The notes under the pieces: model-generated
What the model was told of the DNA's origin: nothing
Database searches by the model: none
The model's input: the letters and a program-made list of their open reading frames with translations, nothing else
Shown here: positions 1-10,306 of the stretch, in pieces
How the letters are laid out: every line of letters begins with the position of its first letter
Position numbering within the stretch: the stretch's first letter is position 1
Translations under genes and position numbers: made by a program
NCBI RefSeq assembly: GCF_009914755.1
Contig: NC_060944.1
Strand: one strand, 5' to 3'
Length of the DNA: 64,000 nt
From: the human T2T-CHM13v2.0 reference genome, Homo sapiens

Positions 1-744
1 ACCTCGGAGCCTGGCAGCCCTTGGGGATCTATCTCTGCCAGCCCCACTTGGCAGATGGGGAAACTGAGGCCTCAGAGAGGAGGCATGATGGGGAAAATCT
101 CAAACATTGGAATCAGGGAATCTGGCTTTTAAGTCTGGCTCTTGTACCCATTCACAAGGGTACAAGGGGGATTTGGAGGGGGAAGTAGGAAGTTCTAATC
201 CTCTTCGGGCCTCAGTTTCCCCATCTGCCTGCTTTGTGGGGTGAAAGGGACATCTGATTAACTCTAATGTGTCGGGGAAGGCCAGCAGTGAGGGGTAACA
301 GCAGGCCCAGAATCCCAGATAGAATATTATCACCTCATTTTATATACCAGGGACTGAGGCCCAGAGGGGACACCAGACACGGCCGGAGAGCCACAGCATG
401 GAAGGCACAGGGCAGCATGAAAGGCCATCCCCCTGCCATCCCCCTGCCCCACGCCCACTAGAGACACCCCCCCATTCATGTTCTGATGGTTCACCTCTCC
501 GCCATATTTTCCCACCTGCTGGCTGATTTCTAAGCCCTTTTGCAGAACACTCTCTGTCAAAGCAGCCACGTGGATCTCCCCTTGGCAAATCGCCTCAGTT
601 TTCTCCTCTTGAAAATGGGATAGGGAAAAGCTGCAGAGATGGGGAGGAGGAATTGTGAAAAGCAGTTTGGGGGCAGAGGAGGACGTGTGTCCCAGGTAGG
701 AAAGTGCCTGTTCCCTCCCCGCCCCCGCCTGGCTCCTGCCCACC

Positions 745-950
745 ACCATGTGGCCACGTGGGCCCAGCCCACAGCTTCAGGTTTTAAAAGAGGAGCTGGA
801 AATTTGAATTTTGATGTGAAATCTCCTGATTTTTAAATGTTGGCAATAAATTCACTTAAACACACACACATCAAGCAAAACGCTATGGGGTCAAATTGAA
901 CACATCTGTGGTCTCGATTTGGCCACTGGCTGCCAGTTTGAGATCCTTTC
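745..950 (+). mobile_element. MER103C-like hAT DNA transposon relic
   Basis: ttttgatgtgaaatctcctgatttttaaatgttggcaa...cacatctgtggtctcgatttggccactggctgccagtttg resembles the MER103C consensus. Confidence 0.6.
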
Positions 951-1524
951 CGGCTCTAGGTTCTGAGGGCAGGTGACTGGGAGAGGTGGCGCCAGGGGGA
1001 TCCTGGTTTCCTGTGCCCACACAGCCACTCACGTACTCTGGGCCTCTGGGCCGTGGTGGTTCAAGCTCCCACCATCCCCACTTCTTGGGGAAAGGCTGAA
1101 CAGTACTGGGGTGGGGGTGGGGGAGCAGCAGGCGGGGCCTGTTGAGCAAGAGCCTTGTAAAAACAAGGGCTTACGTCATCCTAGCTTGCAGCTTCCCTGC
1201 AGGACACCTGGGTCGGCACCGGGGTGGGACCTGCGCTGAGAAGGGATGGGTCATCCCCAGCAGGGGGTGGAGGGTGGGGAAGGGTGGCAAGCATGTTCCA
1301 CCCCAGAGGCCAGAGGGCCTAGACCCCTGCTGGGGCTGAGTCTGGTCTTTGGGGGCTGGCCTGCAAGGTCCGAGTAACACCTTAACGCACTGTGTGACCC
1401 CAGGTCTACCCTTCTCTGTGCCTCAGTTCTTCTATCCAGAAGATGGGACTCACATTGCCAGGCCTGTTATGACAAACCCAAGAGGGAAAGTCAGACTGGA
1501 AAGATTTTATTCCTTCTCATCCTT

Positions 1525-1830
1525 TCATGTGACCTGGAGCAGACACACTTAGCTCTTCTGGGCCTCAGTTTCCTCATCTATAAAGTGGAGATAATGATAA
1601 GACTGTGGCCTGGCGCAGCGGCTCACACCTGTAATCTCAGCACTTTGGGAGGCTGAGGCAAGAGGGCCACTTGAGGCCAGGCGTTCGAGAAAAGCCTGAG
1701 CAACAGAGTGAGACATATCCATCTCTACAAAACATTGAAAAATATGAAAAAAGAAGAAGAAAAAAGACCTGCCTCCTACAAATTATCAGTAGGATTAAAT
1801 GAGTTAATACATGCAAAGAGCTTGGAATGT
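1525..1830. mobile_element. MIR split by an Alu monomer
   Basis: tgtgacctgg...ggcctcagtttcctcatctataaagtggagataat, resuming after the Alu as acctgcctc...aggattaaatgagttaatacatgcaaag. Confidence 0.7.
1607..1765 (+). mobile_element. Alu left monomer (FLAM/AluJ-like)
   Basis: ggcctggcgcagcggctcacacctgtaatctcagcactttgggagg, followed by an A-rich tail with no right arm. Confidence 0.8.
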
Positions 1831-2029
1831 GGTTCAGAGAAGGTGGAAGTTTGGCCTAAGAACACACAGCAAATCCTCCAATTAGCTTCAGTTCCCCCAT
1901 ATCTCCCTGCATCTCTTCAGAATCCAGAAAGGGAACGTGGGCGAGTGCTTTGGTTCAGAGAGGGGAGCCATTTTGCCTAAGGTCACACAGCCCAGCTAAC
2001 GAGGAACCTCTCCTTCTTCTCAGCCTCCT

Positions 2030-2330
2030 CCATTTATTCACTCACCATTCATCGAGCACCTTCTATGTACCAGGCTCTGTTCTAGGCACCAGGGACACAG
2101 TAGTGAAGGCCGTGGGGACAGACAGCAAGACTGGCAGGCAAGATAATTCTGATTATAATGAGAATGGTGACGGAAATGAAGCAGGGGTGTGAGAGGAGTG
2201 ACTGAGGGCCTAGACTTCCCATGGGAAGGTCAGGGAGGGTTTCCCGGAGGAGGCAGCTTTTGGGCTGAGACCTGAGGAGCTGCCTTGGGCAGAGGTGGGG
2301 TGACAGTGTTCTTGGTGCACAGGGAACAGC
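2030..2330 (-). mobile_element. L2 3' fragment
   Basis: catttattcactcaccattcatcgagcacc...tgtaccaggctctgttctaggcaccagggacacag...ggtcagggagggtttcccggaggagg is the reverse of the L2 3' end. Confidence 0.65.
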
Positions 2331-3948
2331 AAATGCATTCCTTCACTGGTAAATGTTGAGCGTGCTGTGCTCAGGAGTCCCTCGTGGGCCAGCCCTCCCC
2401 AAGTGGCAGCCTGCAGGGAGACTGAGGTAGACAGCTAGGATAATGGTGGCTGGCGATAGGGAAGGAAATTCACTAGCAGGTGGGACAGGGAGGGCCTCTC
2501 AGAAGCCGTGGCCTCTAGCTCAGCCCTGAGTGTCCCATTTTGCAGTGAGGAAGGGCTGGCCGGGTGGCCCTAGGGAAGCTGCCGCACCCCTCTGGGCCTT
2601 GATCCCTCCCCAACCCAGAGGCTGCTGGGAAGACCCAGAAAGCCAGCAGGCTGGGCCAGTGTTTTATCCCCTCCCTCCCTGCCTCCTACCCACCAAGGGT
2701 GCCCAGAGATGTCATTTCTCCAGCTCTTGGGGGCGGAGGTCACCCCAGCTCAGCAGATAACACCAAAGGTTGAGCAATGCCCGCCTGCCCGCTGGGGCCA
2801 GGGCTGGGGTCAGTGGGCTGGGGATCAGCCCCGGGCAGGCTGGGAGCTCCTGCCTAGGTGGCCTGGGCTAGGAGTGGCAGAGAGGTGGGCCCAGGGAGCT
2901 GCCCCAATGGCCTAGGAATGGGTCCGGGAGGGCAAAGGGCCCTCTAACCTGAGCCTACCCAGCAGAGGCGGGCAAGTGGTCAGAAGGCCTTGGGCCTGTG
3001 TTCAAGTCCAGGCGGGCCGTTGTCGCTTTCCCGTCTGTGAAATGGCAGCAGCAAAAGCATCTTCCTGGTGGGGTGAAAAAAGTTGAACCTCGGGGTGCAG
3101 GCCCACCGTAAGCACAGGGCAGGGACTTGGTAAAAACTTATCTTTCTCTTTCCTTCTCTTTCCTGCATACCACCCCCTCCCGTGAGGCCTCGCTTAAGTC
3201 CCTCCCTAGCAACTTCAGAAACAGAAGTTTTTGGCCTCTGGGACTGGCAATAGGTCTTAGGGCTCAGATGAGGGCATTTCATTTGGGATGAATGGGGGAC
3301 ATGCGGCCATGTGACCTTGGTATGCCACGCCATGCTCTCTCTGGGCCTCCACTGGCACAATCCGTGGGGGTCCCGTTCTCTCTGATGTGCAGCCCACAAC
3401 GTAAGCCTTAGGTTTGGGAGTCTGGTGGGAACAATGCCACCACCACTGACAGTAGCGACACCCTTCATGGATTGCAGCTGGGAGAAGTGAAGTGACTCAC
3501 CCAAGGTCACACAGTGTGGCAGGGCCGAGCACCCCCCGCCCCTGCCCCATCCCAGGGCCCAGGTCGGGTGGCGCAGCGCGGGGCAAGAGAAGACCCGGGC
3601 GTGTCCAAGCCTCGAGCAGGCGGCAGGTGTGGTGGGCGGGGCTAGGGGCGGGGCTCCGTGGACCAGGGTCCAGCCCCAAGCGGGGCGCGATCCTGCCCGG
3701 TCGCGCCGACCCCCGGGGTCCTCATATTGTCTGTGGCTTAAGAGGGGAGTCGTCACAGGCGTCAAGTCTTCTTTCTAAAGCCGGGGACCTGGGGAGGAGG
3801 TGGGAGTTTACGGGAGGAAGGGCCACGGAGATGGGTCGCTTCTCCTGGAGCTAGAGCTGCGGGCTGGGGTCTCCAGGGTTCGGCCCGGGGAGCCGACCCT
3901 GGTCGGCCGTCGGGGCTCTGCTCGGCCCTCCTGAAACCTCCGCCTCCT

Positions 3949-3961
3949 CCAGCAGGGGGCG
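3949..3961 (+). promoter_or_regulatory. CTCF-like motif CCAGCAGGGGGCG
   Basis: Close match to the CTCF core consensus; binding not shown. Confidence 0.4.
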
Positions 3962-4275
3962 GGCCGGGGCCGCGTCTCGGGGGGAAGGCGATCAGGTCGC
4001 CCCCTCCTCCGATTCCCCCGCCTTCCAGGACAGCCTCCAGCCCAGAGGGGCGGTCCGGGGGCGGGGTCGCACCGCCCCCTCTCGCTCCCAATCCCGGGGC
4101 GGCCGGGCGGGGGTGGGCAGGGGGCGTGAGGCCGCCCCTGCGTCCCGGGGGCCCCCCGAAAACGCGCTCCGGGTGCCCGGTCCCTCCGCTGCGCCCTGCC
4201 GCCGTCCTCCCGGGGGTCTCGGGCGGCCGCGGCCGTGTCCTTCGCGTCCCGGCGGCGCGGCGGGAGGGGCCGGCG

Positions 4276-4283
4276 TGACGCAG
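4276..4283 (+). promoter_or_regulatory. CRE-like site TGACGCAG
   Basis: TGACG half-CRE 28 bp upstream of the TATA box; CREB/ATF control of the C/EBP-beta promoter is established. Confidence 0.7.
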
Positions 4284-4303
4284 CGGTTGCTACGGGCCGC
4301 CCT

Positions 4304-4310
4304 TATAAAT
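4304..4310 (+). promoter_or_regulatory. TATA box TATAAAT; TSS expected near 4335
   Basis: Canonical TATA in a GC-rich promoter about 230 bp before the first ATG. Confidence 0.85.
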
Positions 4311-4536
4311 AACCGGGCTCAGGAGAAACTTTAGCGAGTCAGAGCCGCGCACGGGACTGGGAAGGGGACCCACCCGAGGGTCCAGCCACCAGCCCCCTCA
4401 CTAATAGCGGCCACCCCGGCAGCGGCGGCAGCAGCAGCAGCGACGCAGCGGCGACAGCTCAGAGCAGGGAGGCCGCGCCACCTGCGGGCCGGCCGGAGCG
4501 GGCAGCCCCAGGCCCCCTCCCCGGGCACCCGCGTTC

Positions 4537-5574
4537 ATGCAACGCCTGGTGGCCTGGGACCCAGCATGTCTCCCCCTGCCGCCGCCGCCGCCTGCCTTTA
4601 AATCCATGGAAGTGGCCAACTTCTACTACGAGGCGGACTGCTTGGCTGCTGCGTACGGCGGCAAGGCGGCCCCCGCGGCGCCCCCCGCGGCCAGACCCGG
4701 GCCGCGCCCCCCCGCCGGCGAGCTGGGCAGCATCGGCGACCACGAGCGCGCCATCGACTTCAGCCCGTACCTGGAGCCGCTGGGCGCGCCGCAGGCCCCG
4801 GCGCCCGCCACGGCCACGGACACCTTCGAGGCGGCTCCGCCCGCGCCCGCCCCCGCGCCCGCCTCCTCCGGGCAGCACCACGACTTCCTCTCCGACCTCT
4901 TCTCCGACGACTACGGGGGCAAGAACTGCAAGAAGCCGGCCGAGTACGGCTACGTGAGCCTGGGGCGCCTGGGGGCCGCCAAGGGCGCGCTGCACCCCGG
5001 CTGCTTCGCGCCCCTGCACCCACCGCCCCCGCCGCCGCCGCCGCCCGCCGAGCTCAAGGCGGAGCCGGGCTTCGAGCCCGCGGACTGCAAGCGGAAGGAG
5101 GAGGCCGGGGCGCCGGGCGGCGGCGCAGGCATGGCGGCGGGCTTCCCGTACGCGCTGCGCGCTTACCTCGGCTACCAGGCGGTGCCGAGCGGCAGCAGCG
5201 GGAGCCTCTCCACGTCCTCCTCGTCCAGCCCGCCCGGCACGCCGAGCCCCGCTGACGCCAAGGCGCCCCCGACCGCCTGCTACGCGGGGGCCGCGCCGGC
5301 GCCCTCGCAGGTCAAGAGCAAGGCCAAGAAGACCGTGGACAAGCACAGCGACGAGTACAAGATCCGGCGCGAGCGCAACAACATCGCCGTGCGCAAGAGC
5401 CGCGACAAGGCCAAGATGCGCAACCTGGAGACGCAGCACAAGGTCCTGGAGCTCACGGCCGAGAACGAGCGGCTGCAGAAGAAGGTGGAGCAGCTGTCGC
5501 GCGAGCTCAGCACCCTGCGGAACTTGTTCAAGCAGCTGCCCGAGCCCCTGCTCGCCTCCTCCGGCCACTGCTAG
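4537..5574 (+). CDS. CEBPB: CCAAT/enhancer-binding protein beta, LAP* isoform, 345 aa, intronless; LAP starts at ATG 4606
   Basis: N-terminus [36 protein letters not shown]; b[33 protein letters not shown]...LRNLFKQL; SUMO motif LKAE (K174, 5056) and MAPK site PGTP (T235, 5239). Confidence 0.99.
   Translation: MQRLVAWDPACLPLPPPPPAFKSMEVANFYYEADCLAAAYGGKAAPAAPPAARPGPRPPAGELGSIGDHERAIDFSPYLEPLGAPQAPAPATATDTFEAAPPAPAPAPASSGQHHDFLSDLFSDDYGGKNCKKPAEYGYVSLGRLGAAKGALHPGCFAPLHPPPPPPPPPAELKAEPGFEPADCKRKEEAGAPGGGAGMAAGFPYALRAYLGYQAVPSGSSGSLSTSSSSSPPGTPSPADAKAPPTACYAGAAPAPSQVKSKAKKTVDKHSDEYKIRRERNNIAVRKSRDKAKMRNLETQHKVLELTAENERLQKKVEQLSRELSTLRNLFKQLPEPLLASSGHC
4566..4601 (+). CDS. Out-of-frame regulatory uORF ([11 protein letters not shown])
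   Basis: ATG 4566 to TAA 4599-4601, ending 4 nt before the LAP ATG at 4606; known conserved C/EBP-beta uORF. Confidence 0.9.
   Translation: MSPPAAAAACL
5131..5574 (+). CDS. CEBPB: LIP isoform (147 aa, bZIP only, dominant-negative) from in-frame Met199
   Basis: GGCATGG in a strong Kozak context at 5131, in frame with the main ORF. Confidence 0.9.
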   Translation: MAAGFPYALRAYLGYQAVPSGSSGSLSTSSSSSPPGTPSPADAKAPPTACYAGAAPAPSQVKSKAKKTVDKHSDEYKIRRERNNIAVRKSRDKAKMRNLETQHKVLELTAENERLQKKVEQLSRELSTLRNLFKQLPEPLLASSGHC

Positions 5575-5715
5575 CGCGGCCCCCGCGCGCGTCCCCCTGC
5601 CGGCCGGGGCTGAGACTCCGGGGAGCGCCCGCGCCCGCGCCCTCGCCCCCGCCCCCGGCGGCGCCGGCAAAACTTTGGCACTGGGGCACTTGGCAGCGCG
5701 GGGAGCCCGTCGGTA

Positions 5716-5753
5716 ATTTTAATATTTTATTATATATATATATCTATATTTTT
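5716..5753 (+). promoter_or_regulatory. AU-rich tract in the 3'UTR
   Basis: attttaatattttattatatatatatatctatatttttg, set abruptly within GC-rich sequence. Confidence 0.6.
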
Positions 5754-5898
5754 GTCCAAACCAACCGCACATGCAGATGGGGCTCCCGCCCGTGGTGTTA
5801 TTTAAAGAAGAAACGTCTATGTGTACAGATGAATGATAAACTCTCTGCTTCTCCCTCTGCCCCTCTCCAGGCGCCGGCGGGCGGGCCGGTTTCGAAGT

Positions 5899-5960
5899 TG
5901 ATGCAATCGGTTTAAACATGGCTGAACGCGTGTGTACACGGGACTGACGCAACCCACGTG
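5899..5960 (+). promoter_or_regulatory. Downstream stress enhancer: C/EBP-ATF site TGATGCAAT (5899-5907), TGACGCAA (5945-5952) and CCACGTG (5954-5960)
   Basis: Motifs read directly; amino-acid and ER-stress response elements downstream of the human CEBPB CDS are established. Confidence 0.75.
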
Positions 5961-6008
5961 TAACTGTCAGCCGGGCCCTGAGTAATCGCTTAAAGATGTT
6001 CCTACGGG

Positions 6009-6060
6009 CTTGTTGCTGTTGATGTTTTGTTTTGTTTTGTTTTTTGGTCTTTTTTTGTAT
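6009..6060 (+). promoter_or_regulatory. G/U-rich element in the 3'UTR
   Basis: ttgttgctgttgatgttttgttttgttttgttttttggtctttttttgt. Confidence 0.65.
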
Positions 6061-6104
6061 TATAAAAAATAATCTATTTCTATGAGAAAAGAGGCGTCTG
6101 TATA

Positions 6105-6135
6105 TTTTGGGAATCTTTTCCGTTTCAAGCATTAA
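6105..6135 (+). promoter_or_regulatory. miR-191 site (TTCCGTT, 6118-6124) and miR-155 8mer site (AGCATTAA, 6128-6135)
   Basis: Exact complements of the miR-191-5p (AACGGAA) and miR-155-5p (UAAUGCU) seeds. Confidence 0.75.
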
Positions 6136-6145
6136 GAACACTTTT

Positions 6146-6260
6146 AATAAACTTTTTTTTGAGAATGGTTACAAAGCCTTTTGGGGGCAGTAATTGGCTT
6201 TTGTTTTTTATTTTTTTACTTTATTTTGGATTTGTAGGATTTTGTTTTTGCGTTTCTGGT
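6146..6260 (+). terminator. Poly(A) signal AATAAA (6146-6151) with U/GU-rich downstream element
   Basis: AATAAA followed about 45 nt later by long T/GT-rich tracts. Confidence 0.85.
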
Positions 6261-9200
6261 GTGTAGGGGGTTGTGTGTGGGGGGCTGCTGTTATTTTTGG
6301 AGGTTTTGGTGGTTGGGTGGGGGTGTTGCAGCTGGTTTTTCTGCCTCCTCTGCTACTCCCCCTCCCACACACACAGGGTCTGCTTGAGATGGGGTTCCAG
6401 CCCCGGGGGAAAGGGGAGAAGAGTAATGGGTCAGGCATTCAGGCTGACTCAGAGCCCCTAGGCGCCGGGACGGGTGGCTGGGAACCCTGCTTGAGAAGAG
6501 ATTCCGGAGCCTCTGGCTGGTCCCGAGTGTCAGGCTTGGGTTTGGAAGGGCTGGGAGGTCTGTGACCCCTGCCCTGTGTTTGGGGACTAGGTAGGCAGGC
6601 CTGTGACTGTAGGAGGAGGGGGTTCAGGTCTTGGTCCTGCTGAGCCCGAGTCAGGGCAGATGCTTTTGGTCAGTGTAGTGGGGTGGGTTGTTTAAAACAC
6701 AGTTTGTGTATACATGTGTATTTTAAAGAGGGGAGCCTGGGTGTGTGGGCGAGTCTGTGTTTGTGTGTCCCTGGCCAGCAGGAGGGGAGAGGCCAGGCCA
6801 GGTGGAGAGAGGTGGGGGAGGGGTTCCCACACTTTGATTACCTTTCCTGAGGATGGGAGGCTCATCACTTGCTCTCTTTGCCCAGACTTGGACACTGAGC
6901 CCACCTCACCTGCCTGCTCAAGGTGGCTGAGCCCAGGCACAAACGTGGGGCTGCTAGCCCTGATTCCCTGGGACAGGCTCCTCTTCCCTGCCCACTGATC
7001 CCTTTGCCCCTTCCGGCTTCTCACCGCACCCCCTACTCCCATCCAGCCCTGGATGGCATTCCTGAGAGTTGAGGATGTAGATGGATGTGAGTGGATACAT
7101 GTACAGCGTCCCACAGTGCCTGGCACGCAAGAAGTGTTATATAAGCGCTTGCTCTTGTTATTATTTTTTGCTGGGAAGCTGCTGGCATTTGGCACCCCAG
7201 TCTCCAGTGCAGCGCCAGTGTGGCCAGTACTTGCCAGGGGCCGGCATCTGGTAAACACTGGACCTGCCCCATCCCATTTAGACCTCACAATAACCTTTGG
7301 GAAGGTGGGGATTGTTATGACGCCTGTTTTTAGAGGTGGGGAGCAGCTTTGGGCTGTCCGATCCCTATGGGCAAGACACTGGTTGGGGGTTGCCCTGCCC
7401 TGAGGAATTCAGGGGCAGCAGGCATCGTAGCCTGGTTTGCCAAGGACCTGGGGCGGTCTGGGATCTCAGGAGCAGTTGCTGATACCGTGGTTCGCGAATG
7501 GGAAATGCTTTGCCCCTCCTTTTCCTTTTGGGGGCCTGGTTGTGCTTTCCCTGTGGGAGCCTGGGATGTGGGGAACAGACAGCGACACTCATCCCCCACC
7601 GCCACAAAGCGGAGGATTCCTATAAGCTCCACCTCCCTAATGCCAGTGTCTCCTGATGGTGGCTCGAGGGCTATGCAGATTGCTGGACACAGATAACCTC
7701 ACTTCAACCTGGGACCTGCAGCGTGGCCCTGACCACGTCCCCTCCCAGCCCTGGGCAACTGGACAACTGGCCGGGCATGCCTTCAAAGCCTCGAAGTCAG
7801 TTCAGTCCCAAGCCCCACTGGTCTCGATGGTTTCTGTCAGTAGCAGCGACAGCAATGTGGGCTTGACCTCAAGGATTTACTTGCTGAAGGCAGAGGCTGA
7901 GGGGCTGGACCTAGGGAAGGAGGGAGGTGGAGAGGGTCGAAATTGAGGAACAAATCTCAAATCCCTGCTCCCTCCTTTGTCACCAAGAGTTGGCTGGTGG
8001 CCACTGCTCACCCAAATGAGGTGAGAGGGAAGCAGCCTGGCCAGACGGTGCCCCTCTTCCGCCCCCGTCTGCCCCACAGCTTCGCTTCTGTTTCCCCAGT
8101 GCTGTCCTGGAACCAGCGTTGAGTCAGTTCTTCACACACTCACATCTTGCTCTCATCCACAGTACCCCACAGAAGGTGCTAGACCCATTTCTAAAAGCAC
8201 ACATTGAGGTCCACAGAAGTGAGGTTTGTGCTCAAGGTGGGCTAGGTGGAGCAGGTTACAAAACCATCCGACTCCCAAGTCTATGGGGAAAGTTTGGGGC
8301 TGGGAGCCTGGTTTGTAATCCCAGTTCCTGTTTAAAATCCCAGGCTCTTCTTGGAGGGCTCCTTGCCTGACCTCAAGTTCAGGCACTCCAAGCCCCAGAA
8401 CTGCAAACATCAGTTTCACAGTTTGGAAGCAACAGAAAGTGAATTTGAACCTGAACCCCTTGGGCTGCCTCTAAGGAGGGCTGGGAGAAGCAGTTCACAG
8501 GTTGAGGGCTTTGACGGTGGCTTGGTATGGGAGCACTGTGGACGGAGCTGTGCCCAAAGGACTTGGGGAGATGTCATAGTTAGGGCAACACCAACCCCAC
8601 AGTTCACCAAGCTGCAAGGGTGAAGGGCTCGCAGGGAGGAACCAGTCCATTCCGACATCCAGAAACAGGAGGGGGTGGGATGGGGTGAGGCGAGCCCAGG
8701 AGGCCAGGGACGAGCCTTGAGGAATCATGATAATAGCAGGTGTGAGACAAGGGCTTAGATGTGCAAAGCACCACTCCAAGCCCTTGGCACAGAGGGAGGT
8801 GCTGGGTCCTTAGATATGTGGGAGAAAGCCGGTCATGTTAACCACAGACCCATTTAGTGTGTTTGACCACTGAGGCTAGCTGGGAGGTGGGAGCCTGGAA
8901 CCCCAACTAATGTTTGCTCAGGACAAGAGAGTTCACAAAACAAGACACATTCACACCTCATAATCTTATGCAATTGTCCCACGGCCTGGTGATTTTAGCA
9001 AGGAGATAAGTGGATGTCAGAAATGAACGCTCGAGACACTGCTGGGTGCCGGTTCCACACTGACACTGTGCTCCTTGGTTTAATCAACTCATCAGCCTTT
9101 TGGAGGCTGCAGCTTTTGTTACTAGCATTTTGCTGCTGTGCAAACCAGCTTAGAGAGGTGAACTGACCTGTCTTAAGTTTGCACAGCTAAGAATGGCAGA

Positions 9201-9263
9201 AGCTGGAGTGGGAGTGAGAAGGGGAACTGCTCCTTCTGAACACCTGAAGAATATTTCCCTGCA

Positions 9264-9557
9264 GGCTGGGCGAGGTGGCTCACGCCTGTAATTCCAACAT
9301 TTTGGGAGGCTGAGGACGGCAGATCATTTGAGGTCAGGAGTTTGAGACCAACCCCGGGCAAAATGGTCTCTACTAAAAAAATACAAAAATTAGCCTAGTG
9401 TGGCGGTGGGTGCCTGTAGTCCCAGCTACTCAGGAGGCTGAGACATGAGTATCACTTGAATCACAGAGGCGGAGGTTGCAGTGAGCCAAGGTCGCACCAC
9501 TGCACTCCAACCTGGGCGACAGAGCGAGCGTGCCTCTGTCTCAAAAAAAAAAAAAAA
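9264..9557 (+). mobile_element. Alu (AluS-like), full length
   Basis: Dimeric Alu with A tail; TSD aagaatatt(t/c)ccctgc on both sides. Confidence 0.95.
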
Positions 9558-9649
9558 GAATATTCCCCTGCCTTCCAAGTTTTGTCCAGACCTCTCTGAG
9601 ACTGTTTTCTCCCAGTTTCTCAGTCGTTTTTTTGCCCAGTTATATTTTT

Positions 9650-9900
9650 CATTTATTTGACAAACATTTATTGAGCACCCGCTGTGTGCTAGGCCCCTTA
9701 CTGGGTGTTGGGGACATGTGGTGGCCAAGATGGAGGTGATAATTTTCAGGGAGACACAGATGCTAAGTATCCAGTGACTGGAACAAGATAATGGCAGATG
9801 GAGTCAAGGGCTCTGCAGGAAGGAAAGTGGGGCAGAGGTGAGTGGGAGCGGTCCTGCGAGGCCCCTCCTAGGAAGTGGCATCTGAGCAGAGACCCCTGAG
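9650..9900 (-). mobile_element. L2 3' fragment
   Basis: catttatttgacaaacatttattgagcacc...tgtgtgctaggcccc. Confidence 0.65.
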
Positions 9901-10004
9901 CCCAGGGAGTCAGGAGTATGGTGGGCTGCAGTTTACTGGATGCTCACTTTGCACCTGCTGGTGTCCTGCATGCCTTATTCTTAAAATCCCAATGATGTAG
10001 GTGC

Positions 10005-10306
10005 TTTTTTTTTTTTTTTTTTTTTTAAAGGAGTCTCACTCTGTCACCCAGGCTGTAGTGCAGTGGCATGATCCCGGCTCACTGCAAGATCCGCCTCCTG
10101 GATTCAAGCACTTCTCCTGCTTCAGCTTCCCAAGTAGCTGGCATTACAGGCTTGCTCCACCATGCCCGGCTAATTTTTGTGTTTTTCATAAAGATGGGGT
10201 TTCACCATGTTGGCCAGGCTGGTCTCGAACTCCTGACCTCAAGTAATCTGCCCATCTCAGTCTCCCAAAATGCTGGGATTACAGGCCTGAGCCACTGCAC
10301 CCGGCC
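10005..10306 (-). mobile_element. Alu (AluS-like)
   Basis: polyT, then gagtctcactctgtcacccagg...gagccactgcacccggcc. Confidence 0.95.

Larger units (their letters stand above)
1..4300 (-). ncRNA. CEBPB-AS1: Region expected to be covered by the antisense lncRNA CEBPB-AS1; exon structure not determinable
   Basis: Recalled from knowledge of the locus only. The sequence shows a CpG-island promoter that could fire bidirectionally but gives no exon boundaries. Coordinates are nominal. Confidence 0.3.
3530..5960. promoter_or_regulatory. CpG island over the CEBPB promoter and gene body, with multiple GC boxes (GGGCGG)
   Basis: Very high GC and CpG density compared with the CpG-depleted flanks. Confidence 0.92.

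Noticed and set aside
2980-3765. 261-aa minus-strand ORF upstream of CEBPB
   Set aside because: TTG start, GC-rich, includes MIR-like sequence and has no recognisable domain
4459-5670. 403-aa antisense ORF spanning CEBPB
   Set aside because: It starts at TTG, has no internal Met and lies in exact codon register with CEBPB. It stays open because the GC3-rich CDS lacks TTA, CTA and TCA codons, so it is a shadow ORF.
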